NCBI RefSeq assembly: GCF_003057965.1
Contig: NZ_CP020921.1
Span: 270,100 to 334,099 of the forward strand
Origin: Thermodesulfobium acidiphilum
Lineage (GTDB): Bacteria > Thermodesulfobiota > Thermodesulfobiia > Thermodesulfobiales > Thermodesulfobiaceae
Direction of reading: 5' to 3'
DNA: 64,000 nt
Shown: positions 39,828 through 52,473 of the stretch, in pieces
How positions within the stretch are numbered: position 1 is the first letter of the stretch
How the letters are laid out: each line of letters opens with the position of its first letter
The notes under the pieces: generated by a model
Seen by the model: the letters and a program-made list of their open reading frames with translations, nothing else
What the model was told of the DNA's origin: nothing
The model's database searches: none
Program-made: the position numbers and the translations under genes

Positions 39828-39903
39828 GGGGATGTAGCTCAGCTGGGAGAGCGCCTGCTTTGCACGCAGGAGGCCAGCGGTTCGAATCCGCTCATCTCCA
39901 CCA
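39828..39903 (+). tRNA. tRNA-Ala(TGC)
   Basis: GGGGATGTAGCTCAG...TTTGCAC...GGTTCGAATCC...CATCTCCACCA in the 16S-23S spacer. Confidence 0.97.
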
Positions 39904-39957
39904 GAACTTTGAAAACTAAATACTGATTTCTCTTCTCTTCTTTTAGAGGAGAGTTGC

Positions 39958-42964
<3,007 letters not shown>

Positions 42965-43002
42965 TAACTATTCCTCTAGAAGAAGAGAGGAGAAATCTTC
43001 TT

Positions 43003-43110
43003 CTCCCGGTGACCATAGCAAAGGTGCCCCACCCGTTCCCATTCCGAACACGGAAGTGAAAGCCTTTAGCGCCGACGATACTATTTGGGAAAATAGGACG
43101 TTGCCGGGAG
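43003..43110 (+). rRNA. rrf: 5S rRNA (short, about 108 nt)
   Basis: CTCCCGG/CCGGGAG terminal helix, CCCGTTCCCATTCCGAACACGGAAGTGAA. Confidence 0.95.
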
Positions 43111-43142
43111 ATTTTTTTTGTTTTGTTGATAAAAATAAAATG

Positions 43143-45059
43143 CTATTTGTTTTTAAATTCTTCAATTCTTTTTATTGTTATTTCTTTAGATTGTTCGTGA
43201 TGATGGTGTTTGTCTAAATACATATTGGAGTCAGCTTCTCTGAAAATTTCTATCTTATTAAATGGTCCTTCTTTAGTAGAATAGCCTATTGATATGCTCA
43301 AATAAAGGTCACTTTCTTCTTTGTTAGCTTTTATTATGTTCTCTTTTAACCTTTTTATCAGGTCTTTTACACATTCTTTTGTGCAAAAGGGTAAAAGTAC
43401 CGCAAACTCGTCTCCTCCAATTCTTGCTACTGTGTCTGTGTTTCTAAAACTTGAACACAGGATCTTTGCTGCTTTTTTTATTAAGAGATCGCCCTTTTCA
43501 TGACCTAGTTTATCGTTAATCAACTTTAAGTTATCTAAATCTAAGATTATTAGTGATGTTGGGCTAAACCTGCCTGAGGACAGTTTTTCAAGTTCTTCTT
43601 CAAAATAACCCCTGTTAAAGAGTCCTGTAAGGCTATCGTGAAAGCTTTGGTATCTAAGTTCTTCTTCAAGTCTTTTTATTTCACTAATGTCGTGTCCGGT
43701 GCACTGAAACTCTCTAACGTCGTCTTTATATATGATTCTAAACGTCCAGTCAAAATACCTTTTTATGTTATTCTTTTCGAAGGATAATTCTATGTTTTTA
43801 TAAGGGTTTTCAACGCTTAGACTCTCTATCAGCCCCTTTATATTATCCTTATTAATACCAAAAATATCAAAAAAATTATATTCTTTTAGATTTTCTATAC
43901 CGAAAAATTTTTTAAACTCTTCATTTGCAAAGCTAATGGTTCCATCTAAAGTAAACCTGCACAGTAGATCGGTTTGATCTTCTACTACAGCCCTGTATCT
44001 TGCTTCGCTTTTTTCAAGGGCTTCGGTCCTTTCGTTTAACATGGAAACATAATTTTCAATTGATGAGCTCATTTGATTGTAGAGCATCAGCAAAGGTTTA
44101 AACTCTTCAGGAGAGTTGTCTATGATATTTTTGTCCACTCTTATTTTATAATTGCCGTCCTTTATTTGTTGAGAAAGGTTCTGGAGAAAGATTATTGGTT
44201 CATTAAGTTTTTTGATTGTAATTATTGATATTATTAAAGATGTTATAAATATTATTAAGAATGTGAACAATATTATTGCAAAATCCTGCACAAACTCCCT
44301 AAGTATATATCCTTCATCAACTTGAGATGCAATAGCAAGGTTTAGATTAGGGATTTTCTTCCAGAACACAATTAAGTTGTTTCCTGAATCGCTTCTATAA
44401 GTTACCAATCCATAGCCGCTAGCAAAATTTATTTTTTTATAAAGGTCTTCGGGTATCTTTTTTGCTTTGGTGCTTAGTATCGCTAAATTGTTTGAAAAGA
44501 GAAAAGTGTATCTATTGGCAATCGAATTTTGAACGTTCAAAAGGCCTTCTAACTTTGTAAGCTTTATTATCGCCATTACTACACCAGAGATTTGATTCGA
44601 ATTGTTATAAACGGGTTTTGAGAGATATAGATAACTATTTAGATTGTCAGTTTGTATTAAAAAGTCTTCATTTCCCTTTATAGCCTTTTTAAATAGGCTG
44701 TTGTTTTTAAAAGAAACGTGATGAGGGCCGCTAATTTCCACCATACTATAGCCGTTAGGATCAATAAAGAACAAATTTTCTATTTCGTCGTCTGTTGACA
44801 CCTCCCTAAATAGATAGTTTATTCTCTCATAATTGTTGTTGAGAAGAGAAATATTTGCTGATAGAATATTAAGAAGGTTAGTATATTTTTTTAAATAATT
44901 TTGTAACGTAAATTGTTTTAAAGTCGTTTCTTGAATGAGTTCATTAATTGTTCTATTCCTGGTTTCATTGTATAAGTTTATGCCAACTAACGTAAGAATT
45001 ATTAATGGAGTAATGATTAAAAAAATTATTATTATTTTAAGATAGTTTTTTATGCTCAA
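43143..45059 (-). CDS. Diguanylate cyclase (TM-Cache-TM-HAMP-PAS-GGDEF)
   Basis: DSLTGLFNR, DLDNLKLIND..GHEKGD, RNTD I-site, RIGGDEF. Confidence 0.93.
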   Translation of the reverse strand: MSIKNYLKIIIIFLIITPLIILTLVGINLYNETRNRTINELIQETTLKQFTLQNYLKKYTNLLNILSANISLLNNNYERINYLFREVSTDDEIENLFFIDPNGYSMVEISGPHHVSFKNNSLFKKAIKGNEDFLIQTDNLNSYLYLSKPVYNNSNQISGVVMAIIKLTKLEGLLNVQNSIANRYTFLFSNNLAILSTKAKKIPEDLYKKINFASGYGLVTYRSDSGNNLIVFWKKIPNLNLAIASQVDEGYILREFVQDFAIILFTFLIIFITSLIISIITIKKLNEPIIFLQNLSQQIKDGNYKIRVDKNIIDNSPEEFKPLLMLYNQMSSSIENYVSMLNERTEALEKSEARYRAVVEDQTDLLCRFTLDGTISFANEEFKKFFGIENLKEYNFFDIFGINKDNIKGLIESLSVENPYKNIELSFEKNNIKRYFDWTFRIIYKDDVREFQCTGHDISEIKRLEEELRYQSFHDSLTGLFNRGYFEEELEKLSSGRFSPTSLIILDLDNLKLINDKLGHEKGDLLIKKAAKILCSSFRNTDTVARIGGDEFAVLLPFCTKECVKDLIKRLKENIIKANKEESDLYLSISIGYSTKEGPFNKIEIFREADSNMYLDKHHHHEQSKEITIKRIEEFKNK

Positions 45060-45131
45060 ACTTTATCTCCATTAAGATTTTTAGTCTATAATACTATAAT
45101 ATATTAAGATCTGTAAAATAAGGGGGATCTA

Positions 45132-46625
45132 ATGCTTCGATCTCTTGAGCCTTCTAATATTGTAATTGAACGGAAGGGTTCTCATATAATCTCTTCCGAT
45201 GGGAGGGCTTATGCTCTTAAGGACAATATTTCTCATATAGAATGGGTCGAAGAGATATTTGAAAGGGAGAAGCATTTTCTGCCATTTTTGAAAAAGAACA
45301 TTAAGACCTTTGTGTTTAGGGTTTACTTCCTGGATCAAACAAGTATGCTCCTTCAGGCTGATGAGAAATCTTATCTAGACATACTTGCCTTTGCGCCGTA
45401 TGTAACTAAATCAGGCATAGATATTTCTGAAATAAAGAAAGTTAATGAGAACTTAGAAGAAAAAGCGTCGTTTATCGAAACGCCACAAACTGTCGTAGAA
45501 AAAAGTGCTGAAGAAGATGCATCAGAGAAGCTGGCCAGTGAAGAAAAGATTTTAGAGACAAAATCAGAGCCCTCTCAAATTGAAAGCGAACTTCATGAAG
45601 AAGTGAAAAAGAGATCGCGCACCTGGATTAGGAAGGTTTATGAGTCAAAAATTATTATAAGACTTCCTGCTTTATTCCAAAAGTTTAAAGAAATTCCTGG
45701 ATCTTTTAGGAAGATTAATCCTTTAAGTCTTCTTTCATTTCTAAAATTTAAGAAAGTTAAATCTAAAGAGCCAAAGATTGAAAGCCTTCACCCATCAAAG
45801 GCTGTTAGTTATGTAATACCTCTTGGGGCCTTTTTTGTTTCTCTAATGTTAACCTTTGGAACATTTGTGTTCTTTCAGATTACCACAGCCCATGAACCAC
45901 CTGATACTACTCCTCCAAGGGTTACAATTCTGAGTCCACCAAATAACACTTTAATAAAAGGTTTAAATAATCCTATTGAAATAAGAGTTGAGGCAGTTGA
46001 TAAAGGGGGCCTGGATAAGGTAAGACTCCTTTTGAATAACCTTACTCTGAGGGTATGGTATCCCGGAGAAGACACTGTTTATAGATGGTATCCAGAAAAG
46101 ATTGGAACTTTTATATTTCAGGCAATTGCAATAAATAAAGCAGGAAATTATGCCGAGTCTACTCCTGTAAAAGTGATTGTTGAACCAGGGAATTCAAGCG
46201 AAAAGCCAGGTGACAATCAAGACAATATAGATACGTATGGGAAGGCTTTTGTAATAAGATATCAGGTGCATCTGAAAAAAGCTCCTTATGAATCGGCAAG
46301 AAATGTTTCTAATTTGTCATATGGGGATGAGGTTGAAGTTTTAGAAAAGATAGACCCATCACAGGTCAAAGAGGGAGTAATTATGAGAGATACTACTGTT
46401 AAGAGCGTCGATGGGAGCAAAGAAATAAGGGTTTATGCAGGTGATGGGTTTTCAATTAAGGATAGCGTAGGATTGATGTACCAAGCAAAGCTTAATAGAG
46501 AAAATGTAGAAGTTTATATACCTAAATCAGATACGCGTCTTGCTAATGATAGCGTTTGGTACAAAGTAAAGACCCAGGATGGTGTTGAGGGATATATTTC
46601 ATCGCAGTATATAAGGTTCTATTAG
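45132..46625 (+). CDS. Bitopic membrane protein with Ig-like and SH3b-like extracytoplasmic domains
   Basis: Single TM, DTTPPRVTILSP..AINKAGN Ig-like segment, WYKVKT.DG.EGYISSQY SH3b end. Confidence 0.7.
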   Translation: MLRSLEPSNIVIERKGSHIISSDGRAYALKDNISHIEWVEEIFEREKHFLPFLKKNIKTFVFRVYFLDQTSMLLQADEKSYLDILAFAPYVTKSGIDISEIKKVNENLEEKASFIETPQTVVEKSAEEDASEKLASEEKILETKSEPSQIESELHEEVKKRSRTWIRKVYESKIIIRLPALFQKFKEIPGSFRKINPLSLLSFLKFKKVKSKEPKIESLHPSKAVSYVIPLGAFFVSLMLTFGTFVFFQITTAHEPPDTTPPRVTILSPPNNTLIKGLNNPIEIRVEAVDKGGLDKVRLLLNNLTLRVWYPGEDTVYRWYPEKIGTFIFQAIAINKAGNYAESTPVKVIVEPGNSSEKPGDNQDNIDTYGKAFVIRYQVHLKKAPYESARNVSNLSYGDEVEVLEKIDPSQVKEGVIMRDTTVKSVDGSKEIRVYAGDGFSIKDSVGLMYQAKLNRENVEVYIPKSDTRLANDSVWYKVKTQDGVEGYISSQYIRFY

Positions 46626-47449
46626 ATATTTACCACTTCTCCAATTTTGTTCAACCAGTATCTTACTTCCTCATTTGCCCCAAATTTGGTGATAAGAGAT
46701 CTTGTTTCTGTTAGAATCTGGGTTATAGAATTATGATTTTTGCCTGATGCAAGGGTGGTTATTATTATATAGTAAATTAATCTCATATGTGTGCCTAAAA
46801 TCTTTGAGTTATCTGAATTCAGTAATTCTCTAGACTTTGAAAGTGCTACGTTAAAGTTGTATGCGGATTCGAAGAATTTTTCTTCTTCCATTAGAAAAAG
46901 TCCCTTTTCGATTAAGGCATTAATAAGCGCAAAAGCATGTTTTGGGCTGTTTTCTTTGTTTAGCTGGGAAATTGCGCTGTTTATATCTTCTAGTGATTTA
47001 TTCTTTAGGCCTTGTTTTTTAAACAAAACGCTTCTGTTCAAAAAAGTTTGAGATAGCTTGATTGATTTATCATCGCTTTGTAAATTTTGTAAGATCTCAA
47101 TGGCTGAGTTAAAGTCTTTTAAGGAAGAGTCAAAGTTTTCAAGATAAAAATAATTTAATCCTCTGTGAATTAAAAGTTTAGCCATTTGATCGTCATTGTT
47201 GGTTGATGTGCTGTTTTTTTCTTCAATAGCTCTATTTATGTTTTCCAGTGCCTCTGCATTTCTCCCCATGACAGTTAGTATAAAACTTTTTGTATCTAGT
47301 AGGTCTATCAGAAAATTTGAAGTAACTTCGATCTGATTAGCATCTATTAGATTAAAGATATAGTTAATTTTGTCCAGCGCTTCTTGAAATTTGCTGGATT
47401 CAATGTCTTTACTAATTTCCTTGAAGGAATCTTCTAAATTGAATTCCAT
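46622..47449 (-). CDS. Tetratricopeptide-repeat protein
   Basis: Repeated helical units (GRNAEALENINRAIE, RGLNYFYLENFDSSLKDFNSAIE, SLEDINSAIS). Confidence 0.75.
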   Translation of the reverse strand: MEFNLEDSFKEISKDIESSKFQEALDKINYIFNLIDANQIEVTSNFLIDLLDTKSFILTVMGRNAEALENINRAIEEKNSTSTNNDDQMAKLLIHRGLNYFYLENFDSSLKDFNSAIEILQNLQSDDKSIKLSQTFLNRSVLFKKQGLKNKSLEDINSAISQLNKENSPKHAFALINALIEKGLFLMEEEKFFESAYNFNVALSKSRELLNSDNSKILGTHMRLIYYIIITTLASGKNHNSITQILTETRSLITKFGANEEVRYWLNKIGEVVNI

Positions 47450-47461
47450 TTTAAACCTCAG

Positions 47462-49315
47462 TTAAGAATAAATATAGTCAACCACCATCCAGGCACATAA
47501 CCTTTCATCATCTGACGAGGATATTAAAAATCTGTCGTCTTCTGATATATATACCTTTCTAATAATATCGTAATGTCCATTAAAAATTTTTACGATCTTG
47601 TTCTTTCTAAGGTCTAGAACATATATCTTTTCATTAGATCCGCCAAAGAAGAGATGTGTGCCGTTTGAGCTTATGCACATATCGTTTATGTCAACAAATT
47701 CTGTTTGATATGAAAATACAAGATTTCCAGTATCAATTGAGTATGCTCTTATTACAGGGTCCTTTTTTGTTGATCCCACGAACAAGAATTTGCTATTCGG
47801 AGAAAATATCAGAGAATTTATGTAATTTAAGTCTTCAAACTTTCTCTTTATTTCTTTCGAATCTATATCCATCACTTTTAATATCAGGCTATCTTTAACT
47901 CTTTGAGTGAACGCTATTAATTTGCTATTAGGAGATAGTGCAACGCGATCTACAATCAATTCGGGCGAAACTGACTTTACAAATGACTGTTTATCAATTG
48001 ACCATAGTTTCAAAGTATTACCGCCCAATACAAGATATCTTTGATCTGGTGAGATGGCAAGAGTATTAATCGAATCGTCTTTAATTGCGAATTCCTGTAT
48101 TAAACTATTAGATTGTGTGTTAATAATTTTTATTTTATTTCTATCCTTTAAGATAGCTAAAAGTTTAGAATTGGTTGATAGTGTTCCAGAATTTATCAAG
48201 GACTCTTTAAAGGTGTTTTCATAAGTTATGCTCATTCTGTTATATAAATCAAACTTTATTAACTTTGACTCCCATCTTGGCTTTACAAGCAGACAAACTG
48301 CTTCATTTTTTTCTGTAAAAGAAACAGAACTTAGAGAATATCCGTTATGTGAGAAAGAATCTTTTTCATCTGATTTGAAGCTTGTAGAAATATTAATTCT
48401 ATCCGGCTTGGAGACAGGAAGCCAGATTTTTAAAAAGCTGTTCTTATATGTGATTAAAGAAGAGACGTTTCCGTTGTTGCTAAAAGTTAGATTAGCTAAA
48501 CTTCCACAAATTTTTTGCTTGAAAATAGGTTCATTGCTTGCGTTAAGCTCTTTGTTTGTCCACCAAAAACTTATGTATTCGTCGAGGTCTTCTATTACTA
48601 GAAGAGTCTTATCTTTGGAAAAGAAAGCACTTTTGGCTTTCGAATCTATGAGAGGTATGTTGCAGGACTTTGATGGATCCAGTGTATTTATTATTCCAAC
48701 TCCTAAGTTTTCGAATCTAAGAGCTAAATATTCTAGATCGTCAGAAGAGCCTATAATCTTGCTGTTTGCAGGGAGAATCTTGGGAGATGGTAGAGCGTTT
48801 GAATAAAATGAAAATATCATAAAACAAGGACGATCTTCTAATTTGCCTGCTAAAAGAACGTCATTTTTTAATATGATATCTTCTAAGATAAAATTTTCTG
48901 GAAGAGGTATATCTAAAGCTGTATCTTTCTTTTCAAGACTAAAGATCGATAATTTGTTTGAAAAATAATTACTAACCATAAATTTATCGTTAAATTCAGC
49001 TAAATTTATGTCAGATGCAATAGTTATTGGGATTGATTTATCAAAATCGATAATTTTTACTTGATTGGATAGGGTTTTGTAAATAACAAAATTTTTAGAA
49101 CTAATGTATATTTTTGTAGAAGGACTATCTTGCCATGTTTTTAACGTTGTTTCTTCATATGTGGAAAATATACTATAATAACTCTTTAACGAAAAACAAA
49201 CAAACCTGTTGTCTTCGGAGCAGGATAATGAATCTACTTTACCAATGTCAAATTTACTGGATAGAAACAGAGATCTTTGATTTGATAGTTTCAAAAAATA
49301 TGAAGCTGCGTCCAT
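47462..49315 (-). CDS. WD40-repeat (beta-propeller) protein
   Basis: INTLAISPDQRYLVLGG..LKLWS, LIFSPNSKFL, GHYDIIRKVYISEDDRFLISSSDDERLCAW. Confidence 0.85.
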   Translation of the reverse strand: MDAASYFLKLSNQRSLFLSSKFDIGKVDSLSCSEDNRFVCFSLKSYYSIFSTYEETTLKTWQDSPSTKIYISSKNFVIYKTLSNQVKIIDFDKSIPITIASDINLAEFNDKFMVSNYFSNKLSIFSLEKKDTALDIPLPENFILEDIILKNDVLLAGKLEDRPCFMIFSFYSNALPSPKILPANSKIIGSSDDLEYLALRFENLGVGIINTLDPSKSCNIPLIDSKAKSAFFSKDKTLLVIEDLDEYISFWWTNKELNASNEPIFKQKICGSLANLTFSNNGNVSSLITYKNSFLKIWLPVSKPDRINISTSFKSDEKDSFSHNGYSLSSVSFTEKNEAVCLLVKPRWESKLIKFDLYNRMSITYENTFKESLINSGTLSTNSKLLAILKDRNKIKIINTQSNSLIQEFAIKDDSINTLAISPDQRYLVLGGNTLKLWSIDKQSFVKSVSPELIVDRVALSPNSKLIAFTQRVKDSLILKVMDIDSKEIKRKFEDLNYINSLIFSPNSKFLFVGSTKKDPVIRAYSIDTGNLVFSYQTEFVDINDMCISSNGTHLFFGGSNEKIYVLDLRKNKIVKIFNGHYDIIRKVYISEDDRFLISSSDDERLCAWMVVDYIYS

Positions 49316-49321
49316 AAATAA

Positions 49322-50842
49322 TTACTCGATAAAAAATCTTGCCTGCTCTTTGAACTTTTTCCATTGCTTTTCCAGGTCGCTTTTCAGGCTTTGATCGCTA
49401 TGAAGTCTGTAACCTAATAACCAGCCACTTTCTTTGTGTATTTCAGGCTCGTCTGAGGATGAGATAAGGTTTTCTAAATAAACAGAGAAGGTTTGGGTGT
49501 CATGAATGTAGCCTAAAATATCCTGAATCCTTTTTAACCTTGAAATCATCTCTTTTGTACTGGGTTTTAATGTAAAAGAAAAGGTTTCAAGAGAGTATCT
49601 TAGATCTTTTGACGCTATTCTTAATTTGTGTAGGTCATTTTCATTATTAAAATCAGTTTTCTTCAGTCTTTTTAGAGTCTTTCTAAGCCATGTACTCAAT
49701 CTTTCTTTTACAAATTTTTTCAACTTTAAATTTACCGAATCGTCTACCAGGAAGGCTCCTTCTAACAACCAATACCAAAAACCTAAAAATAAACTGGTAA
49801 ATTTGCCTTCTGAGAAAAATGGATATATTTGATTTAATTTATTTTGTCTTTCTTCGAGAAGTTTTAGAGTAAGGGTTGAACTTTTTAAATTCTCCTGTTT
49901 CGTTGTGGAGAGAAAACTTCTCCACTCTTCTATTAATACATCTGTCTCTCTAAGAGAATTGGTAAGTTCTGTAATGTGATCGAATTCATCCAGCCAATGA
50001 TCCAGATGTTCTTGCTCTATTAAAGGTTTGCCAAACTTTAACAAGGTCCTTATTTTTCTAAGAGACACCCTAAAGTCGTGAAGGTTGTCAAAGTTTTCAG
50101 GATTCTCGACGAATTTATTGTGATATGAGATTAGAGTTTGAAGTTTCTCTATTAATTCGTTTTGCAATCCTTCTTCGGCTATTATATCTGGATCTCTTTC
50201 TTTTTGAAATTCGAATTTTGGTTCAAGATTTGCAAGCATTATTCCTCTATAAAATTTGCTTCTTGGTTCCAATAAGAAATTAAATGATTTTGATAATTCT
50301 TCTGCGAGTTTTAAAATACAGGATATATTCCCTTCTTTAAGTTCTATTTCCACTTCACAGAAATCTTCTGTCTTTTCTTTCGCAATAATCTTGCCTACAT
50401 CAACTGCTACCTCAAGTACGCTTCTTTTTTCATAGGGATAAATGAGCAAGCTCCTGTCAAAAATTGTCTCAAAGATTGGCAGTAATTCAAATTTCGATTT
50501 TGTATCCTTGATAAAACTTTTTAAATGTGAGTCTTTAAGAACTGCAAGATCTGGTTTTTCGTTTTGTAGCTCAACGTTATATTCTTTTCTTCTTGAAAAA
50601 CCTCCATTGGAGTTTCCTGTTATTTTTACTGTCTGAACCCAAACTCCATTTTCCGATCTTATTCTAAAAATTATTCCTGAATTTAGGAAAGTATTATCTT
50701 TAGTATCGTAATATATTGAGTGAATTCTCTTTTTCTGCCATTCGTTTTTCAGAGAACTAAATATTGGGAGGGAATATATTTCATCTAATTTTTCTGGGAA
50801 AATGCATCTTAACTTCAACTCAATTTCTATGTTTGTATTCAT
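49322..50842 (-). CDS. CYTH and CHAD domain protein
   Basis: EIELK, SIYYDT, QTVK, EVEIELK (CYTH); LHDFRVSLRKIR, LHKLRIASKDLRY, QDILGYIHD (CHAD); ATG after AAGGAGG. Confidence 0.92.
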   Translation of the reverse strand: MNTNIEIELKLRCIFPEKLDEIYSLPIFSSLKNEWQKKRIHSIYYDTKDNTFLNSGIIFRIRSENGVWVQTVKITGNSNGGFSRRKEYNVELQNEKPDLAVLKDSHLKSFIKDTKSKFELLPIFETIFDRSLLIYPYEKRSVLEVAVDVGKIIAKEKTEDFCEVEIELKEGNISCILKLAEELSKSFNFLLEPRSKFYRGIMLANLEPKFEFQKERDPDIIAEEGLQNELIEKLQTLISYHNKFVENPENFDNLHDFRVSLRKIRTLLKFGKPLIEQEHLDHWLDEFDHITELTNSLRETDVLIEEWRSFLSTTKQENLKSSTLTLKLLEERQNKLNQIYPFFSEGKFTSLFLGFWYWLLEGAFLVDDSVNLKLKKFVKERLSTWLRKTLKRLKKTDFNNENDLHKLRIASKDLRYSLETFSFTLKPSTKEMISRLKRIQDILGYIHDTQTFSVYLENLISSSDEPEIHKESGWLLGYRLHSDQSLKSDLEKQWKKFKEQARFFIE

Positions 50843-50870
50843 TTTTCCTCCTTTTGAACTCAGTATTAAA

Positions 50871-50896
50871 CTATCGGCACAATTAATTGACATTTA
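50871..50896 (-). promoter_or_regulatory. Putative sigma28 promoter of the CYTH-CHAD, WD40 and TPR genes
   Basis: TAAA-N14-GCCGATAG, ending about 17 nt before the RBS. Confidence 0.4.
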
Positions 50897-50944
50897 AAAG
50901 TTTGACTAATCATTTTATTATACATTATCGAAAGTTGGTTAAGC

Positions 50945-52471
50945 TTATATTGCTATTTTAAGTTCCTTTCCAAATAGTTTTTTAAATAATTTTGCAGATT
51001 TTAAGAGCTCTATTATTTCGGTTTCTAAATTGTAATTCTGATCGTTACTAATTATTTTAAAAGTTACATCACTATTTTTTATTTTTATTTTTACAGAATC
51101 TATAGCAAAACACTCACAGGTTTCTAACTGTTCGGCCAGTCTTAAAAACATCGAAAGCTTTATTAAATCCTTGAATTGCTTATTGGTTATAAAGGATTCA
51201 TTTGGTAGTTGTTGGAACTTTACTTTGTTTTCGTGAAAGAGACAGATGTACGAACATCTTACAAGGTCTTTTGGGGTTACCCCGTATATTGGTAAATTCT
51301 GAATTAGATATGCACCGTGTTTGGCGTGGTTATATGGATCCACATACTTTCCAATATCGTGTAAAAACGAGGCAATTTCTAATATTTTTCTGTCTTTGTC
51401 TTCAAAGTTATGGAGAACCCTTAGTTGATCGAATATTGAAAGGCTGTGCTCAGTTACTTTTTTTGCGTGATTTACATCTAAAAAGTACAGGTTTGCAATA
51501 TTTTCTAAGCTAGCCTTTAAAATGTCATCATATATTAGGGGAAAGGCTTTGAAATCGTTGTGCAGTGAACTAAATATTATACCTTCTTTCAGGCCATTTC
51601 CGCTGACTATAAACTTATTAGAATCTGTAATTTCAAAAAGAACCTTTAAAGGAGTCATACCAGCTAAAATTATGTCAGATCTTTGTTTCGAAAGTCCTTC
51701 AATATTTTTTCTACTTTTTGAACTTAAGCCTGATATATATGCGTAAATCTGAAAGACTTCATTTTTAGTAAGCTCGTAGTGGTGTAGTTTTAGTGAAAAC
51801 CATTTGTGAAGAGCTCTGTGTACTTTTGCAAAGGTTCTGTTTGAACCGCCAATACCTACGATAGGCAGCTTAGACGTTTTAAGGTTGGTAAGCCAAGGAA
51901 TATTTTGAAATTCCTTTTTTAGAAAGTTTTCTATTTTTTTTGTATCGCAAATTTCCTTCGTTTCAGGAAAGATGTCTGTAAGGTTTACGCTTCCATATGG
52001 AAGTGAAACAAAGTTTTCGATCTTTCTATCTAAAACGTAGGTTATTTCTGTACTTGCTCCTCCTGTGTCTATAAGGATAAAATTCTTCAAGTCTACTGTA
52101 TTTAGAACTCCAAGATAACCGTAATATGACTCTTCTCTTTCAGATATAGTCTTGAAGGGTATAAGGGTTTCTTTAAAGATCAGATCCAGAACCTCTTTGC
52201 CATTTTTAGAGTTTCTTATACAAGCGGTAGCTACAGCTATAATTCTCTTTACTTTATAAAATTCTATAATCTTTTTAAAGGTTTTAAGAGTTTGAATAGC
52301 TCTTTTTATAGGTTTTTCCTGTATTATATTGTTTTTATTAAAGCCTTCTGATAGCCTGACCTGTTCCTTTTTTTCTTCGATTATCCTAAAGCTTCTGTTT
52401 TCGTTAACTTCTATAATTCCAAGCCTTATAGAGTTTGATCCAAGGTCTATGACAGATAATTTTTCACCCAT
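50945..52471 (-). CDS. ppx: Exopolyphosphatase (Ppx/GppA with HD domain)
   Basis: IDLGSNSIRL, ATACIRN, ISEREES, DTGGASTE, LHDIGK. Confidence 0.92.
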   Translation of the reverse strand: MGEKLSVIDLGSNSIRLGIIEVNENRSFRIIEEKKEQVRLSEGFNKNNIIQEKPIKRAIQTLKTFKKIIEFYKVKRIIAVATACIRNSKNGKEVLDLIFKETLIPFKTISEREESYYGYLGVLNTVDLKNFILIDTGGASTEITYVLDRKIENFVSLPYGSVNLTDIFPETKEICDTKKIENFLKKEFQNIPWLTNLKTSKLPIVGIGGSNRTFAKVHRALHKWFSLKLHHYELTKNEVFQIYAYISGLSSKSRKNIEGLSKQRSDIILAGMTPLKVLFEITDSNKFIVSGNGLKEGIIFSSLHNDFKAFPLIYDDILKASLENIANLYFLDVNHAKKVTEHSLSIFDQLRVLHNFEDKDRKILEIASFLHDIGKYVDPYNHAKHGAYLIQNLPIYGVTPKDLVRCSYICLFHENKVKFQQLPNESFITNKQFKDLIKLSMFLRLAEQLETCECFAIDSVKIKIKNSDVTFKIISNDQNYNLETEIIELLKSAKLFKKLFGKELKIAI

Positions 52472-52473
52472 TT

